Shown here: piece by piece, positions 37,985 through 47,576 of the stretch
Numbering within the stretch: position 1 is the stretch's first letter
Layout: every line of letters begins with the position of its first letter
Assembly (NCBI GenBank): GCA_964491475.1
Contig: CAZBFO010000001.1
Span: 110,720 to 174,719, forward strand
Direction of reading: 5' to 3'
Origin: an uncultured Gammaproteobacteria bacterium
GTDB lineage: Bacteria; Patescibacteriota; Patescibacteriia; SG8-24
DNA: 64,000 nucleotides
Program-made: the position numbers and the translations under genes
Notes under the pieces: generated by a model
Seen by the model: only the letters and a program-made list of their open reading frames with translations
Database searches by the model: none
Told to the model about the DNA's origin: nothing

Positions 37985-40249
37985 ATGAAAAAAACCATCC
38001 AATTCATGATCGTCGGCATGCACTGCGCATCCTGTTCGGTGCGCAACGAGCGCGCCCTAGTCAGGCTGCCGGGCGTCCTTGATGCCAGCGTCAATTTCGG
38101 CACGCATACCGCCACGGTGACCTTTGACACCGAAACCACCAACGAAAATTCCCTGTACGACGCCGTCGTGCGGACGGGCTACAAGGTGATGGCCACCGGC
38201 CATCCCGACGATCAGCGCGCCGAAGAGGCGAAGGCGGTCGCCTCTGCCAGGCTCAAGATGCAGCTGGCGATCATTTTTACGGCACCGGCAGTGATCATCG
38301 GCATGCTGAACTTGCGCTTTCCGGGGGCGTTGTGGGGCATCGGCCTGGCGCTGTGGCTGCAGATGCTCCTGTCGGGCATCGTCGTGTTCGTTCTCGGCTG
38401 GTCGTTCCATGTCGGCATGGCCACGCAGCTGCGGTCGGGGACCTCGAACATGGACACGCTGGTATCCATCGGTACCGCCTCGGCGTTCCTGTACAGCTTC
38501 TGGTCGGCTATATCGGGGTACGAGCACGCATATTTCGAGGCCGCCACCATGGTGGCGACGCTGATTTTGGCCGGCCAATATTTTGAGGAAAAAAGCCGTG
38601 GCAGCGCATCGGAAGCCATTCGCAAGCTGATGGAACTGGGCGCCAAAAAGGCGCGCCTGTTCCTTTTTGACGGGTCTGACCGCGAAGTGCCCATCGATGC
38701 GGTGAAGGTCGGCGACATGCTGCTGGTCAAGCCTGGGGAAAAGATTCCTTTGGACGGCGTGGTGCTGCAGGGGGATTCGGCGGTGGACGAATCCATGCTG
38801 ACCGGCGAAAGCCTGCCGTCGGGCAAGCACCCCGGCGACGACGTCTTCGGCGCGACCGTCAACAGGAACGGCATGATGATCGTCGAGGTGAAAAAATTGG
38901 TGGGGGACACCGCCTTGGCGCATATCGTGCGCATGGTGGCCGAGGCCCAGGGCAAAAAAGCGCCCATTCAGCAGCTGGTGGATCGCGTTTCGGCCGTCTT
39001 CGTTCCCATCGTGCTCGTGGTGGCCGCGCTCACCGCCGTGGCCTGGTATGCCAGTACCGGCGACTTCGGCAGCGCCCTGGTCCCGGCAGTCGCCGTTCTG
39101 GTCATCGCTTGCCCCTGCGCCTTGGGCTTGGCCACGCCGACGGCCATCATGGTCGGCACCGGCACGGGCGCATTGCACGGCATCATCATCAAGAACGGCG
39201 AAGCCTTCGAGAAGGCTCGCGCCGTCGATACCGTGGTGTTCGACAAGACGGGCACGCTGACGGAAGGGCGGCCGACAGTCACCGACGTCGTCGAGCTGGG
39301 CGACATGCCCGCCGACGAGGCGCTGCGCATCGCCGCCTCGCTGGAAAACTACTCCGAACACCCGCTGGCCAAGGCCATCGTCGACGAGGCCAAGAAGCGC
39401 AAATTGGCGCTGGCCCGCACCTATGAGTTCTCGGCCGTCCCCGGAAAAGGCATCGAGGGCGTCATCGAGGGGAAAAAGGTGCGCATCGGCAGCGGCAAAA
39501 TCGCCGACGAGGGCAGCGCCGAACTGACGGCCGAAGGATTGTTCCTGCTTTCCAAGCTCGAAGACGAGGGCAAGACGGCAGTACGCGTGTTCATCGACGG
39601 CGTAGCCAGGTGCCTGATCGCCATCGCGGACACTGCCAAGTCCGACGCGAGCGCGGCCGTGCGAGAATTGCGTCGCAAAGGCATCGACGTGTTCATGTTG
39701 ACCGGCGACAACCGCGGCACGGCCATGGCAATAGCGCGGCAACTGGGCATTCCTTCCGCGCACGTCATTCCCGAAGTGCTGCCGCAGCAGAAGGCCGTGG
39801 AAATCCAGCGCCTGCAGGAAGAAGGCCGCACCGTCGGCTTCGTCGGTGACGGCATCAACGACGCGCCCGCGCTGGTGCAAGCCGATCTTGGCGTGGCGGT
39901 CGGCACGGGCACGGACATCGCCATCGAGGCCGGAAACATCGTCCTGGTCAAAGGCCACCCGTCAAAGGTAGTCGATGCCCTGCTGCTTTCGCGCCGCACC
40001 TTCACCACCATCCAGCAAAACCTTTTCTGGGCGTTTTTCTATAACGTACTGGCGGTTCCCGTCGCCGCACTGGGTTTTTTGACGCCCATGATCGCGTCCG
40101 CGGCGATGGCCTTCTCCTCGGTATCGGTGGTCGCCAATTCCTTGCGCATCCGAAAAATACGCTTTCAGTCAGTTGAAGAAAATGACTCAACCGAGCCAAA
40201 AAATGATATCCGTCCCGACAATTGGCAAAAACGTGCTAGACTGCGTTAG
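37985..40249 (+). CDS. copA: copper-translocating P1B-type ATPase
   Basis: N-terminal [11 protein letters not shown]; CPC in TM6; DKTGTLT phosphorylation site; [10 protein letters not shown]; 754 aa. Confidence 0.9.
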   Translation: MKKTIQFMIVGMHCASCSVRNERALVRLPGVLDASVNFGTHTATVTFDTETTNENSLYDAVVRTGYKVMATGHPDDQRAEEAKAVASARLKMQLAIIFTAPAVIIGMLNLRFPGALWGIGLALWLQMLLSGIVVFVLGWSFHVGMATQLRSGTSNMDTLVSIGTASAFLYSFWSAISGYEHAYFEAATMVATLILAGQYFEEKSRGSASEAIRKLMELGAKKARLFLFDGSDREVPIDAVKVGDMLLVKPGEKIPLDGVVLQGDSAVDESMLTGESLPSGKHPGDDVFGATVNRNGMMIVEVKKLVGDTALAHIVRMVAEAQGKKAPIQQLVDRVSAVFVPIVLVVAALTAVAWYASTGDFGSALVPAVAVLVIACPCALGLATPTAIMVGTGTGALHGIIIKNGEAFEKARAVDTVVFDKTGTLTEGRPTVTDVVELGDMPADEALRIAASLENYSEHPLAKAIVDEAKKRKLALARTYEFSAVPGKGIEGVIEGKKVRIGSGKIADEGSAELTAEGLFLLSKLEDEGKTAVRVFIDGVARCLIAIADTAKSDASAAVRELRRKGIDVFMLTGDNRGTAMAIARQLGIPSAHVIPEVLPQQKAVEIQRLQEEGRTVGFVGDGINDAPALVQADLGVAVGTGTDIAIEAGNIVLVKGHPSKVVDALLLSRRTFTTIQQNLFWAFFYNVLAVPVAALGFLTPMIASAAMAFSSVSVVANSLRIRKIRFQSVEENDSTEPKNDIRPDNWQKRARLR

Positions 40250-40296
40250 GAAATGGCCTTTTGGGCCGTTCGCTTACTCCTAAATCGTTCATCGGT

Positions 40297-40722
40297 ATGA
40301 TGAAGAAAATGTGCAACGTTCATAAGGTCGCCTGGTGCCTGCTGCTGATCGGCGGCCTCAACTGGCTCCTCGTCGGCATCTTCCAGACTGATCTCTTCGC
40401 CATGCTCGGCCTCGGCGGCGGCTTGGTCGCCCGTGCGGTGTATGTCCTCGTCGGTCTCTCGGCGGTCAGCATGCTCGGCATCAAGAAATGCTGCATGAAA
40501 GACAGCTGCACCTGCGGCGAGAAGGGCTGCGAGGAGTGCGGACCGATGAACAAGGAGAAGGCCATGGCGATGATGAAGCCGTGCGCCTGCGGTTCGGGCA
40601 AGCCGGGCTGGCAGTGCTGCATGAAGGGCGAAGCCGAGAAGATGAAGGGCATGCCCTGCTTCTGCGGTTCGGGCAAGAAGGTCGAGGACTGCTGCATGAA
40701 GAGCCCCGAGACGCACCAATAA
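40297..40722 (+). CDS. DUF378 membrane protein fused to Cys-rich metallothionein-like C-terminal domain
   Basis: HKVAWCLLLIGGLNWLLVGIF...LVGLSAV (DUF378), then KKCCMKDSCTCGEKGCEECGP...KPCACGSGKPGWQCCMKGE...MPCFCGSGKKVEDCCMK (16 Cys in about 75 aa). A TTG at 40261 is possible. Confidence 0.65.
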   Translation: MMKKMCNVHKVAWCLLLIGGLNWLLVGIFQTDLFAMLGLGGGLVARAVYVLVGLSAVSMLGIKKCCMKDSCTCGEKGCEECGPMNKEKAMAMMKPCACGSGKPGWQCCMKGEAEKMKGMPCFCGSGKKVEDCCMKSPETHQ

Positions 40723-40732
40723 GAACGATGTC

Positions 40733-40765
40733 ACCGCCCCGCTTTCCGCGGGGCGGTTTTGTTTT
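40733..40765 (+). terminator. rho-independent terminator
   Basis: ACCGCCCCGC-TTTCC-GCGGGGCGGT followed by TTTTGTTTT. Confidence 0.8.
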
Positions 40766-40817
40766 CCCTGATTGCCAGTACCCCGGGCGTTTGCTATCAC
40801 CAATACGAGGAGTTCCG

Positions 40818-41000
40818 ATGCGCTACTTTTATGCGGCCGTCGCGTTCCTGGTCGCCGGCGGCATTTCGGTCTTTTTCGATTACGGCAGCATGGCGCCCTA
40901 CTTGGTGGCCCAAACGTGCGTCTTGGGGGCGACAGTCACGCTGTTCCTGGGCACGTTGCACCTGAACGACGCCCGCAGAAATGGCGACAAAAAGCCCTGA
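40818..41000 (+). CDS. small 2-TM membrane protein (60 aa)
   Basis: GAGGAG RBS 7 nt upstream; two hydrophobic helices; own terminator. Confidence 0.45.
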   Translation: MRYFYAAVAFLVAGGISVFFDYGSMAPYLVAQTCVLGATVTLFLGTLHLNDARRNGDKKP

Positions 41001-41003
41001 ACG

Positions 41004-41030
41004 AGCCTCGCCGTCGGCGGGGCTTTTCCT
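41004..41030 (+). terminator. rho-independent terminator
   Basis: AGCCTCGCC-GTC-GGCGGGGCT followed by TTTCCTT. Confidence 0.55.
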
Positions 41031-41105
41031 TATCGCGGCCCCTTGGACAAAGGCGCGGCGCCTGCTAGCATGGTTACTATTGGCTCTTTCGCATTCGGAG
41101 GACGC

Positions 41106-41390
41106 ATGCCCAAAGGATACGTCAGCGCGCGAGCGTATCGCGGCGTACTGATTTTCGCCGCATCTGCCAGTTTTCTGTGCGGGATGGCCCTCTTCCTGAC
41201 CGGACACCAGCTCGGCGGCACCGTCGCCTTCCTTTCGTCGATCGGTTTCGGGGTACTGCTGTTCTTCAGCATCGTCGGCGCGAATAACCGTGCCATCGAC
41301 GAAGAGCAAGAAGACGCCGAGCGCGAACGCGCCAAACGGAAGAAGGCCGAAAAGCCCAAGCAGCCGCCCAACTACAAAGATCTCAACTGA
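41106..41390 (+). CDS. small 2-TM membrane protein with charged C-terminal tail (94 aa)
   Basis: GGAGGA RBS; two TM helices; KR/E-rich tail (EEQEDAERERAKRKKAEKPKQ). Confidence 0.45.
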   Translation: MPKGYVSARAYRGVLIFAASASFLCGMALFLTGHQLGGTVAFLSSIGFGVLLFFSIVGANNRAIDEEQEDAERERAKRKKAEKPKQPPNYKDLN

Positions 41391-41402
41391 ACGCGCCGCC
41401 CG

Positions 41403-41427
41403 GCCGCCTTGTGGCGGTCTTTTTTTG
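41403..41427 (+). terminator. rho-independent terminator
   Basis: GCCGCC-TTGT-GGCGGTC followed by TTTTTTTG. Confidence 0.65.
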
Positions 41428-41484
41428 TCGGGAGTTGACTTCGCCCGCCATGCTGCTAAGCCTTGTTCAGGAAAGGAGTTCGTC

Positions 41485-41838
41485 ATGCGACGAAAACGCG
41501 TCTCGAATCGCGCTTTGGCGCTGACGGCTCTGGCTGCCGTCGCGCTGTTCTCGCTCGTTTGGTTCGTCTTCGCCGACGGATCGGCCGAGGCACAGGCTGC
41601 CGCAATCGCCATCGAGGCGATCTGCGTGGTTGCCTTCCTGGTCATCAGGTCGAAGAACAAGCGTAAGGCGCGTATGATTCAGCGCTGCGAGCTGTGCCGC
41701 AGGGAGATGGGGGACAGGACCGACGACATGGCCTGGGCCCGCGAATACGGGCTGGAAGCCTGCCACGAATGCAGTTTCAAGATGCAGGTGGCCTTCGGCA
41801 ACGTCGGCACGTCCGTCGGAGAGAGGATTCTTCATTGA
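41485..41838 (+). CDS. small membrane protein with C-terminal zinc-ribbon-like CxxC...CxxC (117 aa)
   Basis: AAAGGAG RBS; two TM helices; CELCRRE...CHECSFK. Confidence 0.5.
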   Translation: MRRKRVSNRALALTALAAVALFSLVWFVFADGSAEAQAAAIAIEAICVVAFLVIRSKNKRKARMIQRCELCRREMGDRTDDMAWAREYGLEACHECSFKMQVAFGNVGTSVGERILH

Positions 41839-41863
41839 GCGCCCGAAAAGGCGCTTTTTTTTG
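41839..41863 (+). terminator. rho-independent terminator
   Basis: GCGCC-CGAAAA-GGCGC followed by TTTTTTTT. Confidence 0.75.
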
Positions 41864-41994
41864 CTTTAGGAAAAGCAGTTAGCGAGGTTGACAAAATCGC
41901 CGTTTTATGGTTCCATAAGGCGTCCGTCGACGTGCCCGAAGGGGCAGATCGACGCGTACGTTTTACGCCAAGAAAGCAACGGAAGGAGTCACGC

Positions 41995-42837
41995 ATGGCA
42001 CACGAAAGCGGCGAGCGCCTTCATGCGCAAAAGGATACGCTGCCCTCGCAGTCCAACTACGTCCCCGGTCAGCAGAGCCGGCGCAAGCCGGTCAGCATCG
42101 AGGTTGTCGACATTGGCCGTCTGCCGACCATCCCGGCCAGTCAACGCCTGGCACCGCCGTCGGCACCAGCGACCGTGCGGCCCCGTTCGGAGGAGCCGCC
42201 CGTGCGCGTCAACGTGCGGGCGGATTCGACGGCACCGTCCACGCGGCGGAGCGAAACGCCCTCATCGCAGCTGGCGCATTCGCCGGCCGGCAAGGTGCTG
42301 GCGGCTTTCCGCGGCAGCTGGGCCGGGCTGCGGCCGCCTGCGGAACGAGATTCGGAGTTCGGCCAATTGCGCCGATACGTTTCTGAACTGGTCCGCGGCA
42401 TCGGCTTGAGCGCCAACAGCATCTACGTCCTGCAGATGAGACCGGTCAAGGACCTGTACCGCGTCATGCCGCCCAGCATGCGCGAGACGGCCAAGGACGG
42501 CTTCACCGTCGGACTCGAGCAGACGCTGCAGGTGCCTCTGACCGAATGTCTGGCCGGCATCACCCGTCGAAGAGCCGACCCCGCGATGCTGGAAGAAATG
42601 CCGGAGTACGGCGAATTCCAGCGCGTGATCGATCTGCTCGACGACACTGCCGGCGGCATGTTGCCGCCGCGCGTCCTGCAGGTCGCCCGTGACCTGCTGC
42701 TCATGGCCATCTCGGCGCACGCTTTCGAGAACAGGCCGCAGCAGCACCTGTTGCGGCCGTTCCTGCGGATGCTGGAGGACGGTCATTTGGCCGTCGGACT
42801 GACCAAGGAACGCCGTTTCCTGATGGTTACCTTGTAA
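41995..42837 (+). CDS. hypothetical protein (280 aa; Pro/Ser/Arg-rich N-terminus, conserved C-terminal domain)
   Basis: GGAAGGAG RBS 6 nt upstream. Low-complexity N-terminal half, structured C-terminal half. A TTGACAAAA-class promoter lies about 100 bp upstream. Confidence 0.5.
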   Translation: MAHESGERLHAQKDTLPSQSNYVPGQQSRRKPVSIEVVDIGRLPTIPASQRLAPPSAPATVRPRSEEPPVRVNVRADSTAPSTRRSETPSSQLAHSPAGKVLAAFRGSWAGLRPPAERDSEFGQLRRYVSELVRGIGLSANSIYVLQMRPVKDLYRVMPPSMRETAKDGFTVGLEQTLQVPLTECLAGITRRRADPAMLEEMPEYGEFQRVIDLLDDTAGGMLPPRVLQVARDLLLMAISAHAFENRPQQHLLRPFLRMLEDGHLAVGLTKERRFLMVTL

Positions 42838-42851
42838 GGAAGGAGCTCGAA

Positions 42852-43046
42852 ATGGATCCCATCTTCGAACCGGCATGGGTCAACTACCTCACGCCCATCA
42901 GTGACTACGCCGGGTACGGCCTCATCGCCGTCTTCGCAGCCTCATTCGTCTGGACCTGCGCCACGCTGGGCGGCATGGTCTCGCGGGCCGGCGAGATCGA
43001 TAAGGCAGAAGGGAATGCCGACCAGACCAAGGACGACGCAAAGTAG
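42852..43046 (+). CDS. small membrane protein (64 aa)
   Basis: Strong AAGGAAGGAG RBS; one TM helix (YGLIAVFAASFVWTCATLGGMV); 14 nt after the previous stop. Confidence 0.45.
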   Translation: MDPIFEPAWVNYLTPISDYAGYGLIAVFAASFVWTCATLGGMVSRAGEIDKAEGNADQTKDDAK

Positions 43047-43091
43047 TCCAACCGCAACGATATTGACCTTTTTTCCCGGTCATGATTAAAT

Positions 43092-43119
43092 CCTAGCAAT
43101 CAGCTAGGATTTTCTTTTT
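43092..43119 (+). terminator. rho-independent terminator (possible operator overlap)
   Basis: Perfect palindrome CCTAGC-AATCA-GCTAGG followed by ATTTTCTTTTTG; it abuts the GTG start of the Rrf2 regulator gene. Confidence 0.6.
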
Positions 43120-43557
43120 GTGCTAAAAGTCCCCCAAAAAGCCGACCATGCCCTGCTGCTGATGCGCCATCTGGCCGTCAGGCACGCCGCCAAACAGCCG
43201 CTGTCCCTCGAGGACGTGGCCAAGGCCGAAGGCATCTCCCAGGGATACCTCGAAGAGGTGGCCCGGCTTTTGCGTTCAGCCAAGCTGGTCGAGGGGCGCC
43301 GCGGCATCGGCGGCGGCTATGTGCTTTCGCGCGATCCTCAAGACGTCACCGTGGCCGACGTGGTCACGGCCATCGAAGGCCCCAAGTGGACCGCAGAATG
43401 CCTCGGCGAATCCAAGCGCCCGCGCGTTGCCGCGCACGACGTCCTGTGGCGCAAAGTGCAGGGCCAGGTGATGACCATGCTTCGCGGCATGACCATTGCC
43501 GACGTCGCCGAGGAAGCCGCCGCCCAGGCCAAGCGCGCCGAGACGCTGACCAAGTAA
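43120..43557 (+). CDS. Rrf2 family transcriptional regulator (IscR/SufR-like)
   Basis: GTG start. N-terminal wHTH (ADHALLLMRHLA...LSLEDVAKAEGISQGYLEEVARLLRSAKLVEGRRGIGGGY). Immediately upstream of sufB. Confidence 0.85.
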   Translation: MLKVPQKADHALLLMRHLAVRHAAKQPLSLEDVAKAEGISQGYLEEVARLLRSAKLVEGRRGIGGGYVLSRDPQDVTVADVVTAIEGPKWTAECLGESKRPRVAAHDVLWRKVQGQVMTMLRGMTIADVAEEAAAQAKRAETLTK

Positions 43558-43558
43558 T

Positions 43559-44956
43559 ATGGAAACGACTCTCGATCCCATCCGCGCGGTCTACGACGAC
43601 CACTCCAGCGCGAAAGTGAAGTACGCCGCGCCCGAAGGCCTCTCCGAGGAGATCGTGCGCGAGATTTCGCGTCAGAAAAACGAACCGGACTGGATGCTGG
43701 AGAAGCGCCTGCGCGGCCTTGAGCTGTTCCTGCAGACCCCGATGCCGTCATGGGGCCCGTCTTTGGAAAATCTCGACCTCAACAAAATCGTCTACTACGT
43801 CCGCCCCGACGCCAAGGAATCCAAGACGTGGGATGAGGTGCCGGCCGACATCCGCGCCACTTTTGAAAAGCTGGGCATCCCCGAAGCCGAACGCAACTCG
43901 CTCTCCGGCGTCGGCGCGCAGTTCGATTCCGACGTGGTCTACCACAGCCTCAAGAAGGAGTGGGAGGAGAAGGGCGTGATTTTCGAGAACATGGACGTGG
44001 CCGTGCACCAGTATCCGGAGCTGGTGAAGAAGTACTTCATGACCGATTGCATCCCGGTGTCGGATCACAAGTTCATCATGCTCCACGCTGCCGTCTGGAG
44101 CGGGGGAACGTTCATCTACGTGCCGCCCGGCGTGAAGGTCAACGTGCCGCTGCAAGCGTACTTCCGCATGAACCAAGAAAAGGGCGGACAGTTCGAGCAC
44201 ACTTTGATTATCGTCGATGAAGGCGCGTCAGTTGAATACATCGAGGGCTGCAGCGCGCCGCGGTTCGCCGCCAGCGCTTTGCACGCCGGTTGCGTGGAAC
44301 TGCACGTCAAGAAAAACGCGCGCATCAAGTATTCCTCGATCGAGAACTGGAGCAAGAACACGTTCAACTTGAACACCAAGCGCGCGGTTGTCGAGGCGCA
44401 CGGCACCGTCGAATGGCTCAACGGCAACATGGGCTCGGGCACGACCATGCTGTACCCGTGCAGCGTGTTGCGCGGAGAGGGCGCGCATTCGGAATCGCTC
44501 GGCGTGGCCTTCGCCGGTCCCGGACAAAACCAGGACACCGGTTCCAAGGTGATTCACGCGGCGCCGCACACCACTTCGGTCATCCGCGCCAAGTCCATCA
44601 GCAAGGACGGCGGCATCTCGACCTATCGCGGCCTGGTACGCGTGACGGCTGCCGCCAAGGAGACGGCTTCTTCCGTGAACTGCGACGCGCTGCTGATGGG
44701 TGACGGGTCGGTCTCGAACACCTATCCGTTCATGCGCGTGGACACCTCCGCCGTGGACGTGGCGCACGAGGCGACCGTGGGGCGCATCGGCGAAGAGGAA
44801 ATCTTCTACCTGATGTCGCGCGGACTGTCCGAGGAGAAGGCGCTAAAGATGATCGTCAGCGGATTCATCGAGCCGGTGACGAAACGGCTGCCTCTGGAGT
44901 ATGCGGTGGAGCTCAACAAACTTATTGAGTTGGAGATGACGGGGTCGGTGGGATAA
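43559..44956 (+). CDS. sufB: Fe-S cluster assembly protein SufB
   Basis: 465 aa, conserved SufB C-terminal beta-helix region (GRIGEEEIFYLMSRGLSEEKA). Confidence 0.9.
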   Translation: METTLDPIRAVYDDHSSAKVKYAAPEGLSEEIVREISRQKNEPDWMLEKRLRGLELFLQTPMPSWGPSLENLDLNKIVYYVRPDAKESKTWDEVPADIRATFEKLGIPEAERNSLSGVGAQFDSDVVYHSLKKEWEEKGVIFENMDVAVHQYPELVKKYFMTDCIPVSDHKFIMLHAAVWSGGTFIYVPPGVKVNVPLQAYFRMNQEKGGQFEHTLIIVDEGASVEYIEGCSAPRFAASALHAGCVELHVKKNARIKYSSIENWSKNTFNLNTKRAVVEAHGTVEWLNGNMGSGTTMLYPCSVLRGEGAHSESLGVAFAGPGQNQDTGSKVIHAAPHTTSVIRAKSISKDGGISTYRGLVRVTAAAKETASSVNCDALLMGDGSVSNTYPFMRVDTSAVDVAHEATVGRIGEEEIFYLMSRGLSEEKALKMIVSGFIEPVTKRLPLEYAVELNKLIELEMTGSVG

Positions 44957-44964
44957 ACCCGTTG

Positions 44965-45110
44965 TGCGCGTGTTCTGCTCATGCGGGCCGCGGGTCCTGT
45001 CAGGGGCTCACCCCACGAGTGCTCGGTCGCCTGCGGGCGACACTGCGCGCTCGCGGGGTCCCCAGCCCCTGCCACCCGCGGTTCGCATATGGAGAGCACG
45101 CAACGCATTT
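44965..45110. repeat. palindromic intergenic repeat element, copy 1 (between sufB and sufD)
   Basis: About 90-bp core (GGGTCCTGTCAGGGGCTCACCCCACGAGTGCTCGGTCGCCTGCGGGCGACACTGCGCGCTCGCGGGGTCCCCAGCCCCTGCCACCCGCGG) is near-identical (1-2 mismatches) to the reverse complement of 53911-54000. Flanks are partially similar. Internally self-complementary. Confidence 0.8.
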
Positions 45111-46316
45111 ATGAACGACACATTGATGGCACAACCCAAGACGCTTGAAGGCCTCCGCAAAGCGGCTGCGGCCGACTTTGCGTTGGCGCACGATGTTTCG
45201 CTCAAGTACGGGTTGAACGTGTTTTTTTCGCCGAAGACTGTTGCGATGCCGTTTGGTGATGTGGACTCTGCTGTCCGCTCGGAGATTCGGTTGCCGGAGG
45301 GATTGGCGGCTTACTCATTTGAGGAGTGCATGAATGATCCGAAGATGGCCGAGGCGGTGTTGAACGCGCTGGCGGCCAAGGACATTCGTGCCGAGAAGAT
45401 TGCGGCTTGGCATCGCAGTCAGGCGGGAGTCGGGACGGCCATCGTGGTGCCGCCGAATTTTTCTTCTGATGAGCCGATTCGAATTGATTTGGTGCTTCGA
45501 GATGCGCGACGCGTAGAGAATGTGTTGATCGTGGCATGCGAAGGCGCGCGCGTGACCGTGGTGGAGCATCTTCGTTCAGAGGCTATGCCGGGAAGCGCGG
45601 CAGACGACGCCGCCTCCGCTATAAAGAATGACGAGGTGAAACTTCGCAGCGCAATCACAGACATCATCGTGCATCCCAACGCCAAGGTCACGCACATCTC
45701 GCTGCAGGATTTTGCCGAGAACGTCACCGACCTCTCGCTCAAGCGCGCCAAAGTGCAACGCGACGCTTCCATGACTTGGATCGAGTGCGTCTTTGGCGGC
45801 GGGTTCAGCCAGTCGCTGGTCAGCACCGAACTGTTGGAGGAAGGCGCGTCGACCGGATCGAAGACGCAGTTCTTCGGTCGCGCCTCGCAGAAGTTCGATC
45901 TGTATCAGCACGTTCGCCACGCGGCTTCGCACACGCACTCCGAACTCCGCACTCGCGGCGCGCTGATGGATACGGCCAAGACCATTTATCGAGGCCTGGT
46001 TCGTATCGAGAAGGGGACCAAGGGCTGCATCGGCCATCAGAAGGAAGACACCTTGCTTCTCGGCGAGAAGGCCGAGATCGATGCCGTGCCCAATCTCGAA
46101 ATCGAATCCGAGGACGTCCGCTGCGGCCATTCCGCCTCGGTCGGGCGCATCGACAAGGACAAGCTGTTCTATCTGATGTCGCGCGGGCTCGATGAAGGAG
46201 CGGCACGCAAGTTCTTGGTCGAAGGCTTCTTTGCGCCTATCGTCAACGAGATGCGCGCGGCCGGCCTTGAAGACCGCGTGCAGTGCATCATCGACGAACG
46301 TATCGCGCCGTTGTAG
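45111..46316 (+). CDS. sufD: Fe-S cluster assembly protein SufD
   Basis: 401 aa SufBD-family paralog following sufB. Confidence 0.85.
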   Translation: MNDTLMAQPKTLEGLRKAAAADFALAHDVSLKYGLNVFFSPKTVAMPFGDVDSAVRSEIRLPEGLAAYSFEECMNDPKMAEAVLNALAAKDIRAEKIAAWHRSQAGVGTAIVVPPNFSSDEPIRIDLVLRDARRVENVLIVACEGARVTVVEHLRSEAMPGSAADDAASAIKNDEVKLRSAITDIIVHPNAKVTHISLQDFAENVTDLSLKRAKVQRDASMTWIECVFGGGFSQSLVSTELLEEGASTGSKTQFFGRASQKFDLYQHVRHAASHTHSELRTRGALMDTAKTIYRGLVRIEKGTKGCIGHQKEDTLLLGEKAEIDAVPNLEIESEDVRCGHSASVGRIDKDKLFYLMSRGLDEGAARKFLVEGFFAPIVNEMRAAGLEDRVQCIIDERIAPL

Positions 46317-46342
46317 GTGTCGAGAAGAAACATGACACGCTT

Positions 46343-47575
46343 ATGAAAGACACGCTCGACGTCGCAAACCTCCGCAAGGACTTTCCGATGCTGTCGCAGA
46401 ACGACGGCAAGCGTTTTGCGTACCTCGACAGCGCCTCGTCTTCCCTGACGCCCGCACCAGTGCTGGCGGCCATGGACGACTACTACCGCACCTACCGCGC
46501 CAACGTGCATCGCGGCATGTACAAGATCAGCGAGAAGGCCACCGAGCGGTACGAGGAAGTCCGCCGCAAGATCGCCGACCTCATCCGTGCCGACGAGAAC
46601 GAAATCGTCTTCACCCGCGGCACCACCGAAGGGATCAACATGGTGGCGCACTCGCTCGCCAAGCGGCTCGGCAGCGGTGACGAAGCGGTGCTGACCGTGA
46701 TGGAGCATCACGCCAATCTGGTTCCGTGGCAGCAGTACGCCAAGGAATACGGCTTTGCGTTGCGCTTCATTCCGCTCACAGCCGACTACCAACTCGACAC
46801 GGAGGCGGCGCAAAGGATGATCACTCCGGCAACGAAGGTCGTCGCGGTCACCTACGCCTCGAACGTGCTGGGCACGATCGTTCCCGTCGCAAAAATTGCC
46901 GCTCTTGCTCGTGCGGTCGGCGCAACCGTCGTCATCGACGCAGCGCAAGCCGCCGGCCACGCGCAAATCGACGTCCGCAAATGGGACTGCGACTTCCTGG
47001 CGTTCTCCGGACACAAGATGTTCGGCCCCACCGGCACCGGCGTGCTCTACGGAAAGAAGGCCGCTCTCGAAAAACTGACGCCGATGCAGTACGGCGGCGA
47101 CATGATCAAGGAAGTGCGCTTCGAGGACGCCACTTGGAACGAGGTGCCGTGGAAATTTGAGGCGGGTACGCCGAACATCGCAGGGGTTATCGGACTTGGT
47201 ACTGCAGCCGATTACGTTCGTGCCATCGGCGTCGACATGATTGGCACGCACGAAACTGCGTTGGCCAAAGATGCCGTCGCCAAACTCACGGCCGTTCCGG
47301 GCGTTCGAATCATCGGTCCCGGAGCGGACGCGGAACGCACGGGCGTGGTCTCCTTTGACGTCGAAGGCATTCACCCGCACGACGTCGCCACCATTCTTGA
47401 TGCCGAGGGCGTCTGCGTGCGCGGCGGCCATCACTGCGCCATGCCGTTGCTGCAGTCGCTCAAGCTGGTCAACGGCACCACGCGTGCCAGCTTCGGGGCA
47501 TACAGCACCGCCGAAGACGTCGGCGCGCTCGTGGCAGGCATCATCAAGGCGCGCAAAATCTTCAAACTCGCCTGA
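46343..47575 (+). CDS. sufS: cysteine desulfurase SufS (class V aminotransferase)
   Basis: PLP-lysine SGHKMFGPTG; RGGHHCAMP active-site Cys loop; 410 aa. Confidence 0.9.
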   Translation: MKDTLDVANLRKDFPMLSQNDGKRFAYLDSASSSLTPAPVLAAMDDYYRTYRANVHRGMYKISEKATERYEEVRRKIADLIRADENEIVFTRGTTEGINMVAHSLAKRLGSGDEAVLTVMEHHANLVPWQQYAKEYGFALRFIPLTADYQLDTEAAQRMITPATKVVAVTYASNVLGTIVPVAKIAALARAVGATVVIDAAQAAGHAQIDVRKWDCDFLAFSGHKMFGPTGTGVLYGKKAALEKLTPMQYGGDMIKEVRFEDATWNEVPWKFEAGTPNIAGVIGLGTAADYVRAIGVDMIGTHETALAKDAVAKLTAVPGVRIIGPGADAERTGVVSFDVEGIHPHDVATILDAEGVCVRGGHHCAMPLLQSLKLVNGTTRASFGAYSTAEDVGALVAGIIKARKIFKLA

Positions 47576-47576
47576 T

